IMG/VR virus record: IMGVR_UViG_3300043447_000352
Span: 1 to 40,813 of that record
From: a virus
Taxonomy: Duplodnaviria > Caudoviricetes
Reading direction: 5' to 3' (one strand)
DNA: 40,813 nucleotides
Position 1 is the stretch's first letter. Each line of letters begins with the position of its first letter. The notes under the pieces are model-generated. The model had not been told where the DNA came from. It saw only the letters and a list, made by a program, of their open reading frames with translations, and did not search any database. The position numbers and the translations under genes were made by a program. Below are positions 1 to 8,669 of this stretch, in pieces.

Positions 1-1
1 G

Positions 2-1969
2 CTAGACATAGATGGGATGCTAGCCGAAGGCCTACAGGAAGGCGATCGTGCAATCGGTCTATACAAGCTAGCCTGCGGCTTGTCTAATAAGTTTGGAACA
101 GACGAAGCCGGACGACACGCCGTCGAGTCCACTATGCTCAGGTTCAATGCCGAGATGGTAAACCCGCCTATGCACGTCGAGGGTCAAAACGGAGTTTTGA
201 TGCACACTCGCCGAGCACTCGACTGGGTGTCAAATAATCCTAAGTATGATCTGTTCTGGAACGATCTCAGCGATTGGGTAAAGACCCAGGGCATGTCGTG
301 GGCTGGAAACGTGACAGATGCTTTCTCTAAGCCAGCAACATCTAAAGACGCATTCGACTACAGCCCTACTCTAATTGTCACTACAGATGACGATAGCGTA
401 GCTATACCTACGGCCAATGCAGTGGGCGAGCAGATGGCCTCATTTGCAGCACAGGGTAAAGGCCTTAAGGAAGTAGCCCTAGGCGGAAATCTCAACCTAC
501 CAAAAGACGTCGATGCTATCTCTGGCGAAGCTGGTGGACGCCCTGGCTATCGAAGCTTGACCGATGTCGGTAATGGTAGACGCTTAGTTGACTCTTTTGG
601 TGCTAGCGTTAGATATACTCCAAACGTAGGATGGTTCGTCTGGGATGGCAATTACTGGAAGCCTGACACCCAAATGAAATCTGTTAAAGAAGTCAGCAAG
701 ATGGTGTCAACTGTTGTAGCTAGTGAAGTTGCACTGTATCCATCCGATGACCCGAAAGCTGCTGACCTTGTTAAGCACGCAAACAAGGCTAAATCTAACT
801 CAGCCATTGAAAACATGATTGCCCAGGCCTCTTCCGATGAAAGAATTCAAGTAGTAGTCGAAGAATGGGACAACAATCCATACCTGCTAGGTGTGAAAAA
901 TGGAGTCGTAGATCTTCGCACCGGAGAACTTAAGGCCGGTAGGCCGGACCTTCATCTGACAAAAAGATCACCTATTCCGTATACTCCGGGCTTGAGAAAT
1001 ATCAGGTGGGAGTCGTTCCTCACCGAGGCTACCAAGGGCGATGTTGAGCTCCAGGAGTGGCTACAACGCGCAGTTGGATACACTCTTACTGGTCTAAATA
1101 GCCAAGATATTATGTTCCTAATCTACGGTCCACCTGGATCCGGTAAGAACACTTTTATTGAAACAGTCTTTGAAGCTCTAGGAAAATCAGAGTACGCTTG
1201 GGCGCTAGATTCAAACATTCTAGCTCTGGGTGACCGAGTCAGTTCAACCGATGAGTACCACATGGCGGAACTACGAGGACGTCGCATGATCTGGGTGGAT
1301 GAGTTGCCCGAGTCAGAGCGCATCAAAGAGAACCAGGTAAAGAAGTTGACCGGTTCTGGAACTATTCAAGGACGTTCACCAGGTGAGCGACCAATCCAGT
1401 TCACGTCTCAAGGTAAGCTTTGGATCTCAACTAACCACCGGCCTATCATTACTGATGATGCTATGTGGCGTCGTATGCGTCCAATTCCTCTAATCAATAA
1501 GCCAGAAAAGCCAGATACAACTCTTAAGCCGTATCTTGCAGACCCAGAGGGTGCACTTCCTGCAGTTCTATCATGGGCGATTGATGGCGCAGTTAAGTAC
1601 CTAACATCAAGTCAGCTAGATCCACTGGGATGGTGTGCGGTTGTCAAAGAAGCGCACGATTCTTACAAAAAGAATGAAGACAGAATCGGTGCATTCCTGG
1701 AAGAGGAAGCTAGAGAGTCAGCTGGTGGCAGCTTGAACCTAAGCGATCTATATAGACTGTACGGAATGTGGAGCAACGCTAGAGGCGAGAAGCCGCTTTC
1801 GCAAATTGGCTTCACTAGAAAACTTGCCGACAGAGGCTTAATCGTTGAAGGTACAGGAACTAGGGCCATACTAAAGGGCTACATAATGATGCCTAGAGAG
1901 GTGCCTCAAGCCCCCGTGGTAGACTTTAGCCAGCACGTAAAATATGCAACCCCGAACGTAAGCATCTAG
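2..1969 (+). CDS. D5/P4-family primase-associated SF3 helicase (probably 5'-truncated)
   Basis: Frame open from position 2 (LDIDG before the ATG at 17); PriCT-like N-terminus, D5_N-like LTDVGNGRRL, Walker A GPPGSGKNT, Walker B WVDE, motif C STNHRP. Confidence 0.92.
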   Translation, partial: LDIDGMLAEGLQEGDRAIGLYKLACGLSNKFGTDEAGRHAVESTMLRFNAEMVNPPMHVEGQNGVLMHTRRALDWVSNNPKYDLFWNDLSDWVKTQGMSWAGNVTDAFSKPATSKDAFDYSPTLIVTTDDDSVAIPTANAVGEQMASFAAQGKGLKEVALGGNLNLPKDVDAISGEAGGRPGYRSLTDVGNGRRLVDSFGASVRYTPNVGWFVWDGNYWKPDTQMKSVKEVSKMVSTVVASEVALYPSDDPKAADLVKHANKAKSNSAIENMIAQASSDERIQVVVEEWDNNPYLLGVKNGVVDLRTGELKAGRPDLHLTKRSPIPYTPGLRNIRWESFLTEATKGDVELQEWLQRAVGYTLTGLNSQDIMFLIYGPPGSGKNTFIETVFEALGKSEYAWALDSNILALGDRVSSTDEYHMAELRGRRMIWVDELPESERIKENQVKKLTGSGTIQGRSPGERPIQFTSQGKLWISTNHRPIITDDAMWRRMRPIPLINKPEKPDTTLKPYLADPEGALPAVLSWAIDGAVKYLTSSQLDPLGWCAVVKEAHDSYKKNEDRIGAFLEEEARESAGGSLNLSDLYRLYGMWSNARGEKPLSQIGFTRKLADRGLIVEGTGTRAILKGYIMMPREVPQAPVVDFSQHVKYATPNVSI

Positions 1970-1976
1970 GAGAGAC

Positions 1977-2813
1977 ATGAAACTATTTATTGCAACACCA
2001 ATGTATGGCGGAATCGCTAAAAATAATTACACTATCTCCCTACAAAACTTAATAGTAAAGCTAAGTCAAGCCGGACACTCGATAACTACTACCACCGTGG
2101 GAAACGAAAGCCTGATTACTAGAGCAAGAAACACTCTTGCCCACAAGTTCATGAACTCTGACTGTGAAGCATTGCTATTCATTGACGCGGACCATGGTTG
2201 GAATGCAGATGACGTCGTAAAAATGATCGAGTGTGGGAAAGACTTTATTGGTGCGATCTACCCGATGAAGGGCATCAACTGGGAGAACGTACGGTTGGCG
2301 GCTCAGTTGAATAAGGAAAATCTAGAGGCGTACTCAGGACATTTTGCACTTAACTTTCTAGATGAAGAGCAGAAGTTTCAAGTTGACCAACCATTCAAGG
2401 TAAAAGACATTGGTACTGGAATGCTTTTCTTGACCAGAAAAGTATTTGAAGACCTAAAGCCGTACTGCAAGCAATACAAGAACAACAACGTCGGCAACAC
2501 CGGAATCGAATTTGGTGGAATGGTGACGGAGTACTTCACCACTTTTGTCGACGAGAATCAAATCCTCCTATCTGAAGACTACGCCCTATGCAGAATGTGG
2601 CAGGCTCAGGGCGGCGAGGTTTGGTCAGCACCTTGGGTGCGAATCACGCACTCGGGTGACTACAACTTCTCTGGTCAGTTCGCCAACATGCTTGAGATAA
2701 ATCAGGAACGACAGAACATCCTAAAGAAGATTGAAACCGACATGGGGCAAGCACCTGGCGATCTAGTAGAAGAGCCTACAGAAGCAGAAAATAAAGAATC
2801 TTCAGAGCAGTAA
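1977..2813 (+). CDS. GT-A fold glycosyltransferase
   Basis: MKLFIATPMYGG start, ESLITRARN, DxD motif FIDAD, GTGMLFL, LSEDYALCRMW; RBS AGGAG. Confidence 0.8.
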   Translation: MKLFIATPMYGGIAKNNYTISLQNLIVKLSQAGHSITTTTVGNESLITRARNTLAHKFMNSDCEALLFIDADHGWNADDVVKMIECGKDFIGAIYPMKGINWENVRLAAQLNKENLEAYSGHFALNFLDEEQKFQVDQPFKVKDIGTGMLFLTRKVFEDLKPYCKQYKNNNVGNTGIEFGGMVTEYFTTFVDENQILLSEDYALCRMWQAQGGEVWSAPWVRITHSGDYNFSGQFANMLEINQERQNILKKIETDMGQAPGDLVEEPTEAENKESSEQ

Positions 2814-2824
2814 GACATCGCCTA

Positions 2825-2876
2825 AATATTTCGAAAAATATTGCATGATTTGCTCATGTGTGTAGTAGCATAATCT
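2825..2876 (+). promoter_or_regulatory. Possible promoter with upstream inverted repeat
   Basis: AT-rich intergenic region with AATATTT-cgaa-AAATATT (2825-2842), TTGCAT/TTGCTC, and TAGCAT/TAATCT -10 candidates; spacing non-optimal (15 or 19). Confidence 0.4.
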
Positions 2877-2900
2877 TAAGCTCTAATTTAAGGAGAGACC

Positions 2901-3167
2901 ATGGCTCTAGCTGAACGCCTTCGTGCAGCTACAGAAACCTATCACAATACCTTCATCTGTAAATTGATGCAGGTTACCTTAGACCCAAAACTCACGCGGG
3001 ATGATGTAGACGCCTTTATTAAGATTATTAATTCTAGGCCACTTGACGAGGACCATGTGCCGAACATCCGACTTTCGCAGGCTCTGCGTGACGAAGGTTA
3101 TGATGTGAGTGCTAGTGCTGTAGATAGACATCGTCGTGGTACATGTTCATGCAATAGGCTAAAGTAG
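2901..3167 (+). CDS. Small HTH-like DNA-binding protein with C-terminal CxC
   Basis: RBS AAGGAG; LSQALRDEGYDVSASAVDRHRRGTCSC, a pattern seen upstream of actinophage phosphoesterases. Confidence 0.65.
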   Translation: MALAERLRAATETYHNTFICKLMQVTLDPKLTRDDVDAFIKIINSRPLDEDHVPNIRLSQALRDEGYDVSASAVDRHRRGTCSCNRLK

Positions 3168-3175
3168 GGAGACTC

Positions 3176-4372
3176 ATGAGCCTGTCAGAAAAATTAGAAA
3201 AATTACGTTCACCAGGTCAGAGCGGATCTGATGTTAGAGTGACAAAAACACCAGAAGACTGGCGTCCACGAATGGATTTGGACACAGCCAGAGGCGGGTT
3301 TGTAGTAGGCACCCCTAGAGCTGCTGGAGAAGTTACAGACGCCTCTACAGTGCTAGAAGAGTTTGGTCTCAGCGCTCAGGAGTGGTGTGTGACCTCTATG
3401 CGTAGAGGTAAGTGGCAGAAACATGATGGTGATTGGCTAGAGTCGGTCCGTGTAAACCTAGTACCAGCGACGGGTTCAGTTGGGGATCAACTAGATGTAG
3501 AAAAACTATCAGACCAGATAAAGAAGTGGCGTCCAGCTAAAGGCATAAAGAAGTCTACCGGCGAGGGCGCTTTTTTGATTGCAGCCGCAGACCAACAGAT
3601 TGGTAAAAAGGCTAATGGAGCTGGCACAGAGCAATCAATAGACAGAATCTTAACTTTGACAGAGAAGGCGGTGAACAGATTTGAAGCTTATAAAAAGGCT
3701 GGTATTTCTCCTGGAACTATATGCTTGGCGCTACTCGGCGACCACGTGGAAGGAAACGTCAGCCAAGGCGGACGACTCCAAGGACTAGCAGCATCTGACT
3801 TAGGGTTAACGGAGCAAACTAGAGTCGCACGTCGTCTCTTGCTTGCGCAGATAAAGGCACTTGCACCTCTAGTCGACAGACTTGTTGTTCCTGTAATCAA
3901 TGGAAACCACGACGAGGTGACTCGTCAGGTTGCAGCGGACCCGGCTGACGGCTGGAACGTGGAGATTGCATCTGCAGTTCAAGATATTTGCGCCGAGAAC
4001 CCGGAGCTATCGCACGTAGAATTTAGATACCCAAGCTCGGGGCATCAAACCCTGACTATAGACATTCAGGGCACAATGCTAGGCCTGTTCCATGGACATC
4101 AAGCAAATCAAAACAATGTCATGAAGTATCTATCACAGCAAGCAGCGGGGCAGACAGCTCTGGGCGGAGCTGACGTTTGGATTTCAGGACACTTCCACAA
4201 CTTTAGAGCTATGGACATCGGTGAGCGACTGTGGCTCCAAGCCCCGACCACTGACCCAGGTAGCGAGTGGTTCCGCGATAGAGCTGGTATGGAATCAAAG
4301 CCCGGGCTACTCACTATGATTATTGGCGGAGAGTACTCCCCTAGAGATTTCATTTCAGTAATGGGTGTATAG
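3176..4372 (+). CDS. Calcineurin-like metallophosphoesterase (Mre11-like nuclease superfamily)
   Basis: Motifs ADQQIG (DxH replaced by DxQ), GDHVEG, GNHD, FHGH, GHFH. Confidence 0.85.
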   Translation: MSLSEKLEKLRSPGQSGSDVRVTKTPEDWRPRMDLDTARGGFVVGTPRAAGEVTDASTVLEEFGLSAQEWCVTSMRRGKWQKHDGDWLESVRVNLVPATGSVGDQLDVEKLSDQIKKWRPAKGIKKSTGEGAFLIAAADQQIGKKANGAGTEQSIDRILTLTEKAVNRFEAYKKAGISPGTICLALLGDHVEGNVSQGGRLQGLAASDLGLTEQTRVARRLLLAQIKALAPLVDRLVVPVINGNHDEVTRQVAADPADGWNVEIASAVQDICAENPELSHVEFRYPSSGHQTLTIDIQGTMLGLFHGHQANQNNVMKYLSQQAAGQTALGGADVWISGHFHNFRAMDIGERLWLQAPTTDPGSEWFRDRAGMESKPGLLTMIIGGEYSPRDFISVMGV

Positions 4373-5024
4373 GGTGGAAAAAGATTTTTTTAAGGATTTC
4401 TATAAATTCAACATATATGTTGGAAGTTTAGCTAGAAGCGGCAGCACTTATTTAAAATATTCAATAGAAAACGAGTACACGCCGCAGGTATCTATAGATA
4501 AGAGCCACAACCCTGGGATTCATCAAAATAGAGTTAACGGAATTTTTAACTGCGATGAATTTGTTTTTGCTGCTCGACCACCTAGGGATACCTTAAAGTC
4601 GCAATTAATTTGGAGATTATCAGATCAACGGCTCACACCTCCTGTAGTTAAATCACTACTAGATGAAGCAACCGAACTTTGGGAGATTGTACTAACATCC
4701 CCCGGAGAATTTTTTATTGTCGACTTCGACTCAATTACATCAAAAGAATCAGAAATAATTTCTGCCTTAGAGGCTAAAAATCCAGCCCTAAAAGAGTTAA
4801 AGTCAAAGACCCCTTTAAGCGTAGATAAGGTAAAGTTAGAGCTAGAAAAATCTAGCAAGGATGGAATGGGCCCAAAGCAATACTTAGAGCGAGGTCACCT
4901 GCCGAGGGAGGTCTCTAAGCACAATGACCTTGCGGAATCGATACTAGAATCTATATCGTATACTCACAGGCTCGGGTATCTGGACAGCCTATACCAAGAC
5001 CTGATTAGGCACAAGAGGGTGTAA
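4365..5024 (+). CDS. Sulfotransferase-like P-loop protein
   Basis: GSLARSGSTYL resembles the 5'-PSB loop (xPRSGT/ST); KSH resembles KTH; RPPRDTLKS resembles the 3'-PB motif RxPxDxxxS; directly upstream of an APS kinase. Confidence 0.65.
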   Translation: MYRVEKDFFKDFYKFNIYVGSLARSGSTYLKYSIENEYTPQVSIDKSHNPGIHQNRVNGIFNCDEFVFAARPPRDTLKSQLIWRLSDQRLTPPVVKSLLDEATELWEIVLTSPGEFFIVDFDSITSKESEIISALEAKNPALKELKSKTPLSVDKVKLELEKSSKDGMGPKQYLERGHLPREVSKHNDLAESILESISYTHRLGYLDSLYQDLIRHKRV

Positions 5025-5025
5025 T

Positions 5026-5790
5026 TTGATAATTCTACTGTACGGGCTACCTGGAACAGGAAAGACGGCTTTAGCAGAAAAACTCCTGGAGCATGTTGAC
5101 GCTATCCATCTTAACGCGGACCAGGTAAGAGCCGACCTGAGCTCGGACTTGGGATTTTCAATCGAGGATAGATTAGAGCAAGCCAGACGATTAGGGGCGA
5201 TGTCTAGACTGCTAGCTAGTCAAGGTAGAATCGTGGTTGTTGATTTCATCAACCCAACCCCGGAAACACGAGCAGCATTTGGCGCAGCCGACCTCAGGGT
5301 TTGGGTAAATAGGCTAGATAAAGGTAGATTCGAGGATACTAACTCCATTTGGCAAGTACCCGCTAACGCCGAATATGATCTAGAAATTACTAGCGGGCTA
5401 TCGCTAGAAGAAGAGAAAAATAGAATCTTAGAGAAAACCAGTCTGATTGATTGGAGAGCACCTACAACACTTATGCTAGGTAGGTACCAACCTTGGCACG
5501 AGGGACACGAGGCACTAAAAGATGAAGCACACAAAAGAACAGAGCAAGTTCTACTGGGCATCAGGGATACGCACGGCACTTCGGAAAAAGATCCGCTCAC
5601 TCATGATGAAGTTGTCGGATACATACGTCAAAATAGCAAGGAACGAGTGGGGACCTTAATTCTTAGGCTACCCAACATCACCAACATCGTGTACGGCAGA
5701 GACGTTGGCTACAAGATCGAAAAGATTGAGCTGACCCCGGAGCTACAGGAGATCTCGGCAACCAAGAAGCGAGAAGAGTTAGGTCTATAA
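5026..5790 (+). CDS. cysC: Adenylylsulfate kinase fused to a small HIGH-superfamily nucleotidyltransferase domain
   Basis: P-loop GLPGTGKT and CysC-type LNADQVRADLSSDLGFSIEDRLEQARRLG; C-terminal GRYQPWHEGH, YGRDVG, ISATKKR; TTG start. Confidence 0.85.
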   Translation: MIILLYGLPGTGKTALAEKLLEHVDAIHLNADQVRADLSSDLGFSIEDRLEQARRLGAMSRLLASQGRIVVVDFINPTPETRAAFGAADLRVWVNRLDKGRFEDTNSIWQVPANAEYDLEITSGLSLEEEKNRILEKTSLIDWRAPTTLMLGRYQPWHEGHEALKDEAHKRTEQVLLGIRDTHGTSEKDPLTHDEVVGYIRQNSKERVGTLILRLPNITNIVYGRDVGYKIEKIELTPELQEISATKKREELGL

Positions 5791-5993
5791 TGCTACAATC
5801 TAGAAAAATTTCTATCACTAAAGCTCTGACTTATAGGCTCTGGCAGAGTGTAAATACCTTTTTGATTGCTCTCTTTTTTACCGGCAAATTTGAAACAGCT
5901 GCGCAAATAGTCAGCGTTGAGGTAGTTGTGAAAATTGTGGTGTACTATTGGCACGAACGTATCTGGACGAGGATAGGCAAGAACAAAAAGTGA
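5790..5993 (+). CDS. DUF2061-like small membrane protein
   Basis: SITKALTYRLW...FFTG...KIVVYYWHERIW, two hydrophobic segments; family commonly lies next to cysC; TAATG coupling. Confidence 0.8.
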   Translation: MLQSRKISITKALTYRLWQSVNTFLIALFFTGKFETAAQIVSVEVVVKIVVYYWHERIWTRIGKNKK

Positions 5994-7051
5994 AAATAGC
6001 AGTCTACACGATCGCACTTAACGAAGAGCAGTTTGTAGAACGCTGGTACGAGAGTGCTAAAGATGCTGATTATCTCTTAATTGCAGATACAGGTAGCACA
6101 GATGGTACCCGAGAAACTGCAATTAAGCTCGGGATTAATGTAATAGACGTCTCTATCAAACCATGGAGATTTGATGACGCTAGGAACGCTTCCCTAGCCG
6201 CTCTTCCGGCAGATATAGACATGTGTGTACAGCTCGACATGGATGAGATCCTTCTACCAGGATGGCGAGAAGAGATTGAGACCGCCATTAGCCAGGGCGC
6301 TACTAGAATTAGATATAACTATACCTGGAACTGGAAAGACGAAGCCCAGACGATTCCAGCAACAACATTTGGTGGAGATAAGATCCACGCACGACACGGG
6401 TATAGGTGGAAACATCCAGTACATGAAGTAATAATTCCTTACGGCAATACTGTAGAGAAGCAAGTATGGACTAAGCTGGAGCTTCATCACCACCCGGATA
6501 ACACAAAATCTAGAGGGCAATACCTTCCACTTTTGAAGCTGTCTACGGAAGAAGATCCTCATGACGATAGAAATGCCTATTACTACGCTAGAGAGCTGTT
6601 CTTCTATAGAAACTATGAAGCTGCGGCCAAAGAGTTTAAACGCCATCTAGATCTTCCTAGGGCTGTCTGGCCACCAGAAAGAGCGGCTTCGATGAGGTAC
6701 CTAGCAAAAATCGAAGTAGAGCATCGAGAAGACTGGCTACTCAAGGCTTACATGCAAGCTCCAGGACGTAGAGAGCCTTTAGTGGAGCTAGCTCAGCACT
6801 TCTACGAGCTAGAATCGTGGGCATCGTGCTTACATTTCGCTCGCAAGGCCTTAGAAATAGAAGAGAAGCCAATGGACTTTCTCTGCGAGGATTTCGCCTG
6901 GGGCTATCTTCCATGGGACTTGGCCGCAATATCTTCTTACTACCTCGGTGAGGTGGAAGAAGCTAGAATTTATGGAACTACCGCTTTAGACCTAGATCCA
7001 GACAATCCTAGGCTAGTAGCTAATATGAAGTTTTACACTAAAGAAAACTAA
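5990..7051 (+). CDS. GT2 glycosyltransferase with C-terminal TPR-like repeats
   Basis: Likely GTG start at 5990 (GTGA overlap); KIAVYTIALNEE, ADTGSTD, FDDARN, LDMDE, VHE, followed by helical TPR-like repeats. Confidence 0.88.
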   Translation: MKIAVYTIALNEEQFVERWYESAKDADYLLIADTGSTDGTRETAIKLGINVIDVSIKPWRFDDARNASLAALPADIDMCVQLDMDEILLPGWREEIETAISQGATRIRYNYTWNWKDEAQTIPATTFGGDKIHARHGYRWKHPVHEVIIPYGNTVEKQVWTKLELHHHPDNTKSRGQYLPLLKLSTEEDPHDDRNAYYYARELFFYRNYEAAAKEFKRHLDLPRAVWPPERAASMRYLAKIEVEHREDWLLKAYMQAPGRREPLVELAQHFYELESWASCLHFARKALEIEEKPMDFLCEDFAWGYLPWDLAAISSYYLGEVEEARIYGTTALDLDPDNPRLVANMKFYTKEN

Positions 7052-7509
7052 TTCTCTTCTTTTTTAGAGTTAATAGTGTGAAATGCGTCAACTGCATTAG
7101 CGCTTGTTCTACTTTGCCAAGTGAACTTACACTCCAAGCATCTAACAATTCTCATTGTCGCCCAGCGGCCGCCATCAGGGCGCTCAACAGTTGCTGTTTG
7201 TAGTTTGTCTGTTTTTGATCTACAACTAGGGCACAGAGGGAATCTTTTATATCTCATCTCTTGTCCGTCCCAATTGACTGAAAGTGTGTTTCTAATTTGA
7301 CCAGAGTCTAGGCCGCCCCAGATTCCCCAGATCTGCTTATTATCTAACGCCCATTTTGCACAGTCGCGCTTTACAGGGCAGCTATTGCATAGCTTTTTAG
7401 CCTCCCACTGCTGAGCAGGCTTATTTGCAAAGAAGTTGTCTATCTTGTCGAAATTTTCTGGCTTAGCGCACTCGGCATCTTCGTGCCAATCCGGTCCATT
7501 AGTCCACAT
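7048..7509 (-). CDS. whiB: WhiB-family transcription factor with C-terminal zinc-ribbon extension
   Basis: WHEDAEC...AKKLCNSCPVKRDC...GIWGG, plus CPSC...CLEC; ATG at 7509 has GGAGG 6 nt upstream. Confidence 0.9.
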   Translation of the reverse strand: MWTNGPDWHEDAECAKPENFDKIDNFFANKPAQQWEAKKLCNSCPVKRDCAKWALDNKQIWGIWGGLDSGQIRNTLSVNWDGQEMRYKRFPLCPSCRSKTDKLQTATVERPDGGRWATMRIVRCLECKFTWQSRTSANAVDAFHTINSKKEEN

Positions 7510-7837
7510 AAGCGACCTCCACAAAAGTGGCATCATAGTCTAGATCAGGATCGCTGTCGTCACAGTAGATAGGGACGATATTGTCACCCTCGTAATACCT
7601 ATAGCCAGCTCTTGATATTGTAGAGCTCTCTACCAGGCGGTAGCCGTTGCCCATAGACGTGGATATGCCTTCTCTAAGTAGGCTCTTCACTAGAGAACGC
7701 ATAGCTGAATCATCGTCATCTAGGTACACATGCTCGTTGATATAAAAAACAACGGAATCAGAGTGAAGTGTTCGTGGGAAGTCTTCGCCCTCCCATATAA
7801 TCCAAACAGGTTCGGATACAACTTTTTTACGTCTCAT
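7499..7837 (-). CDS. Hypothetical protein
   Basis: 112-aa ORF filling the gap in the operon and overlapping the whiB start; no recognisable motif. Confidence 0.75.
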   Translation of the reverse strand: MRRKKVVSEPVWIIWEGEDFPRTLHSDSVVFYINEHVYLDDDDSAMRSLVKSLLREGISTSMGNGYRLVESSTISRAGYRYYEGDNIVPIYCDDSDPDLDYDATFVEVAYVD

Positions 7838-7887
7838 AGTTACAAAACTAACTATGTTGAGTAGTAACCTTACCGTAAATTACAATT

Positions 7888-8379
7888 TTACTTTACAGGC
7901 CAGATATAGTCGTAAGATTCTGGCCTACGTCCGGTGTCTTCTGGCCAGCCAAACTGCGAGTACCATTCGTAGTCTTTATTTAGCAGCGCCATTCTGTGAC
8001 TGGCAGCGATCTCATCGAAAAGTTTCTTATCCTTCATCCAAGCAGGCAACCTGTGGTTTTCTTTAGTTATACGACCAAGCTTAATTGCCTGCACGTATGT
8101 GGTCAGAGTCTTTTCTCCAATAGTGGTCTTGTATCCACGCTTCTCCCATTCGATGGTCATCTTGAGGATATAGGACACTAGAGCACCTTCATGGCCGCGC
8201 CACATCTTTACGGCCGGGTGGTTAGACCAGCCCTTAGATACTCGATGGTTACCCTGTGGGTCCAGTTGAACTAGATTCATAAGAATCTGCCAACCTTCCA
8301 AAGCTTGCTTATTTAGGCGTGCTCGGTCTAGTACTTTGGCTGTGTCTGCTGAGCCTAGCAGCGGTACAAATGTTTGCAT
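7888..8379 (-). CDS. Pyrimidine-dimer DNA glycosylase/endonuclease V-like protein (MSMEG_6728 family)
   Basis: MQTFVP...LDRARLNKQALEGWQIL...HPAVKMWRGHE...SHRMALLNKD...YIWP matches the family pattern. Confidence 0.8.
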   Translation of the reverse strand: MQTFVPLLGSADTAKVLDRARLNKQALEGWQILMNLVQLDPQGNHRVSKGWSNHPAVKMWRGHEGALVSYILKMTIEWEKRGYKTTIGEKTLTTYVQAIKLGRITKENHRLPAWMKDKKLFDEIAASHRMALLNKDYEWYSQFGWPEDTGRRPESYDYIWPVK

Positions 8380-8385
8380 AACTAA

Positions 8386-8414
8386 AAGTTAGCAGTATTT
8401 GTATAGTTTGTCAA
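8386..8414 (-). promoter_or_regulatory. SigA-type promoter for a leaderless transcript
   Basis: Minus strand TTGACA-17 bp-TAACTT with extended -10 TG; ATG begins 7 nt after the -10; no SD. Confidence 0.75.
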
Positions 8415-8669
8415 CTATAGACCGAAAGGTTTTACAACACTCTGCTTTAGAGACCCAAATACTGTAATCTGGAACACCTTAGATGCTACAGTTTCTTCAA
8501 TCTCGGATACAGTCTCTGCTTTAGGGTATGAGACCTTAAACTCTAATGAAACCTTCTCTTCCACCTCGTCCGGGGCAACATCTAGAAATTCTGAAAGCTG
8601 CTTTCTGACAATAGATTTGGCTTCTTGCAGGTCTGTTGCGACTATCTTCAGCTCAAAGCTAGTTCTCAT
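8415..8669 (-). CDS. Hypothetical protein
   Basis: 84-aa ORF coupled (TAATG) to the upstream gene. Confidence 0.75.
   Translation of the reverse strand: MRTSFELKIVATDLQEAKSIVRKQLSEFLDVAPDEVEEKVSLEFKVSYPKAETVSEIEETVASKVFQITVFGSLKQSVVKPFGL

Noticed and set aside
5948-5989. Longest-ORF starts for GT2 (5948), whiB (7536), TAC (26966) and the 135-aa ORF (26637)
   Set aside because: Better-supported starts are at 5990, 7509 and 26918; the 26637 ORF is best explained as the frameshift extension.
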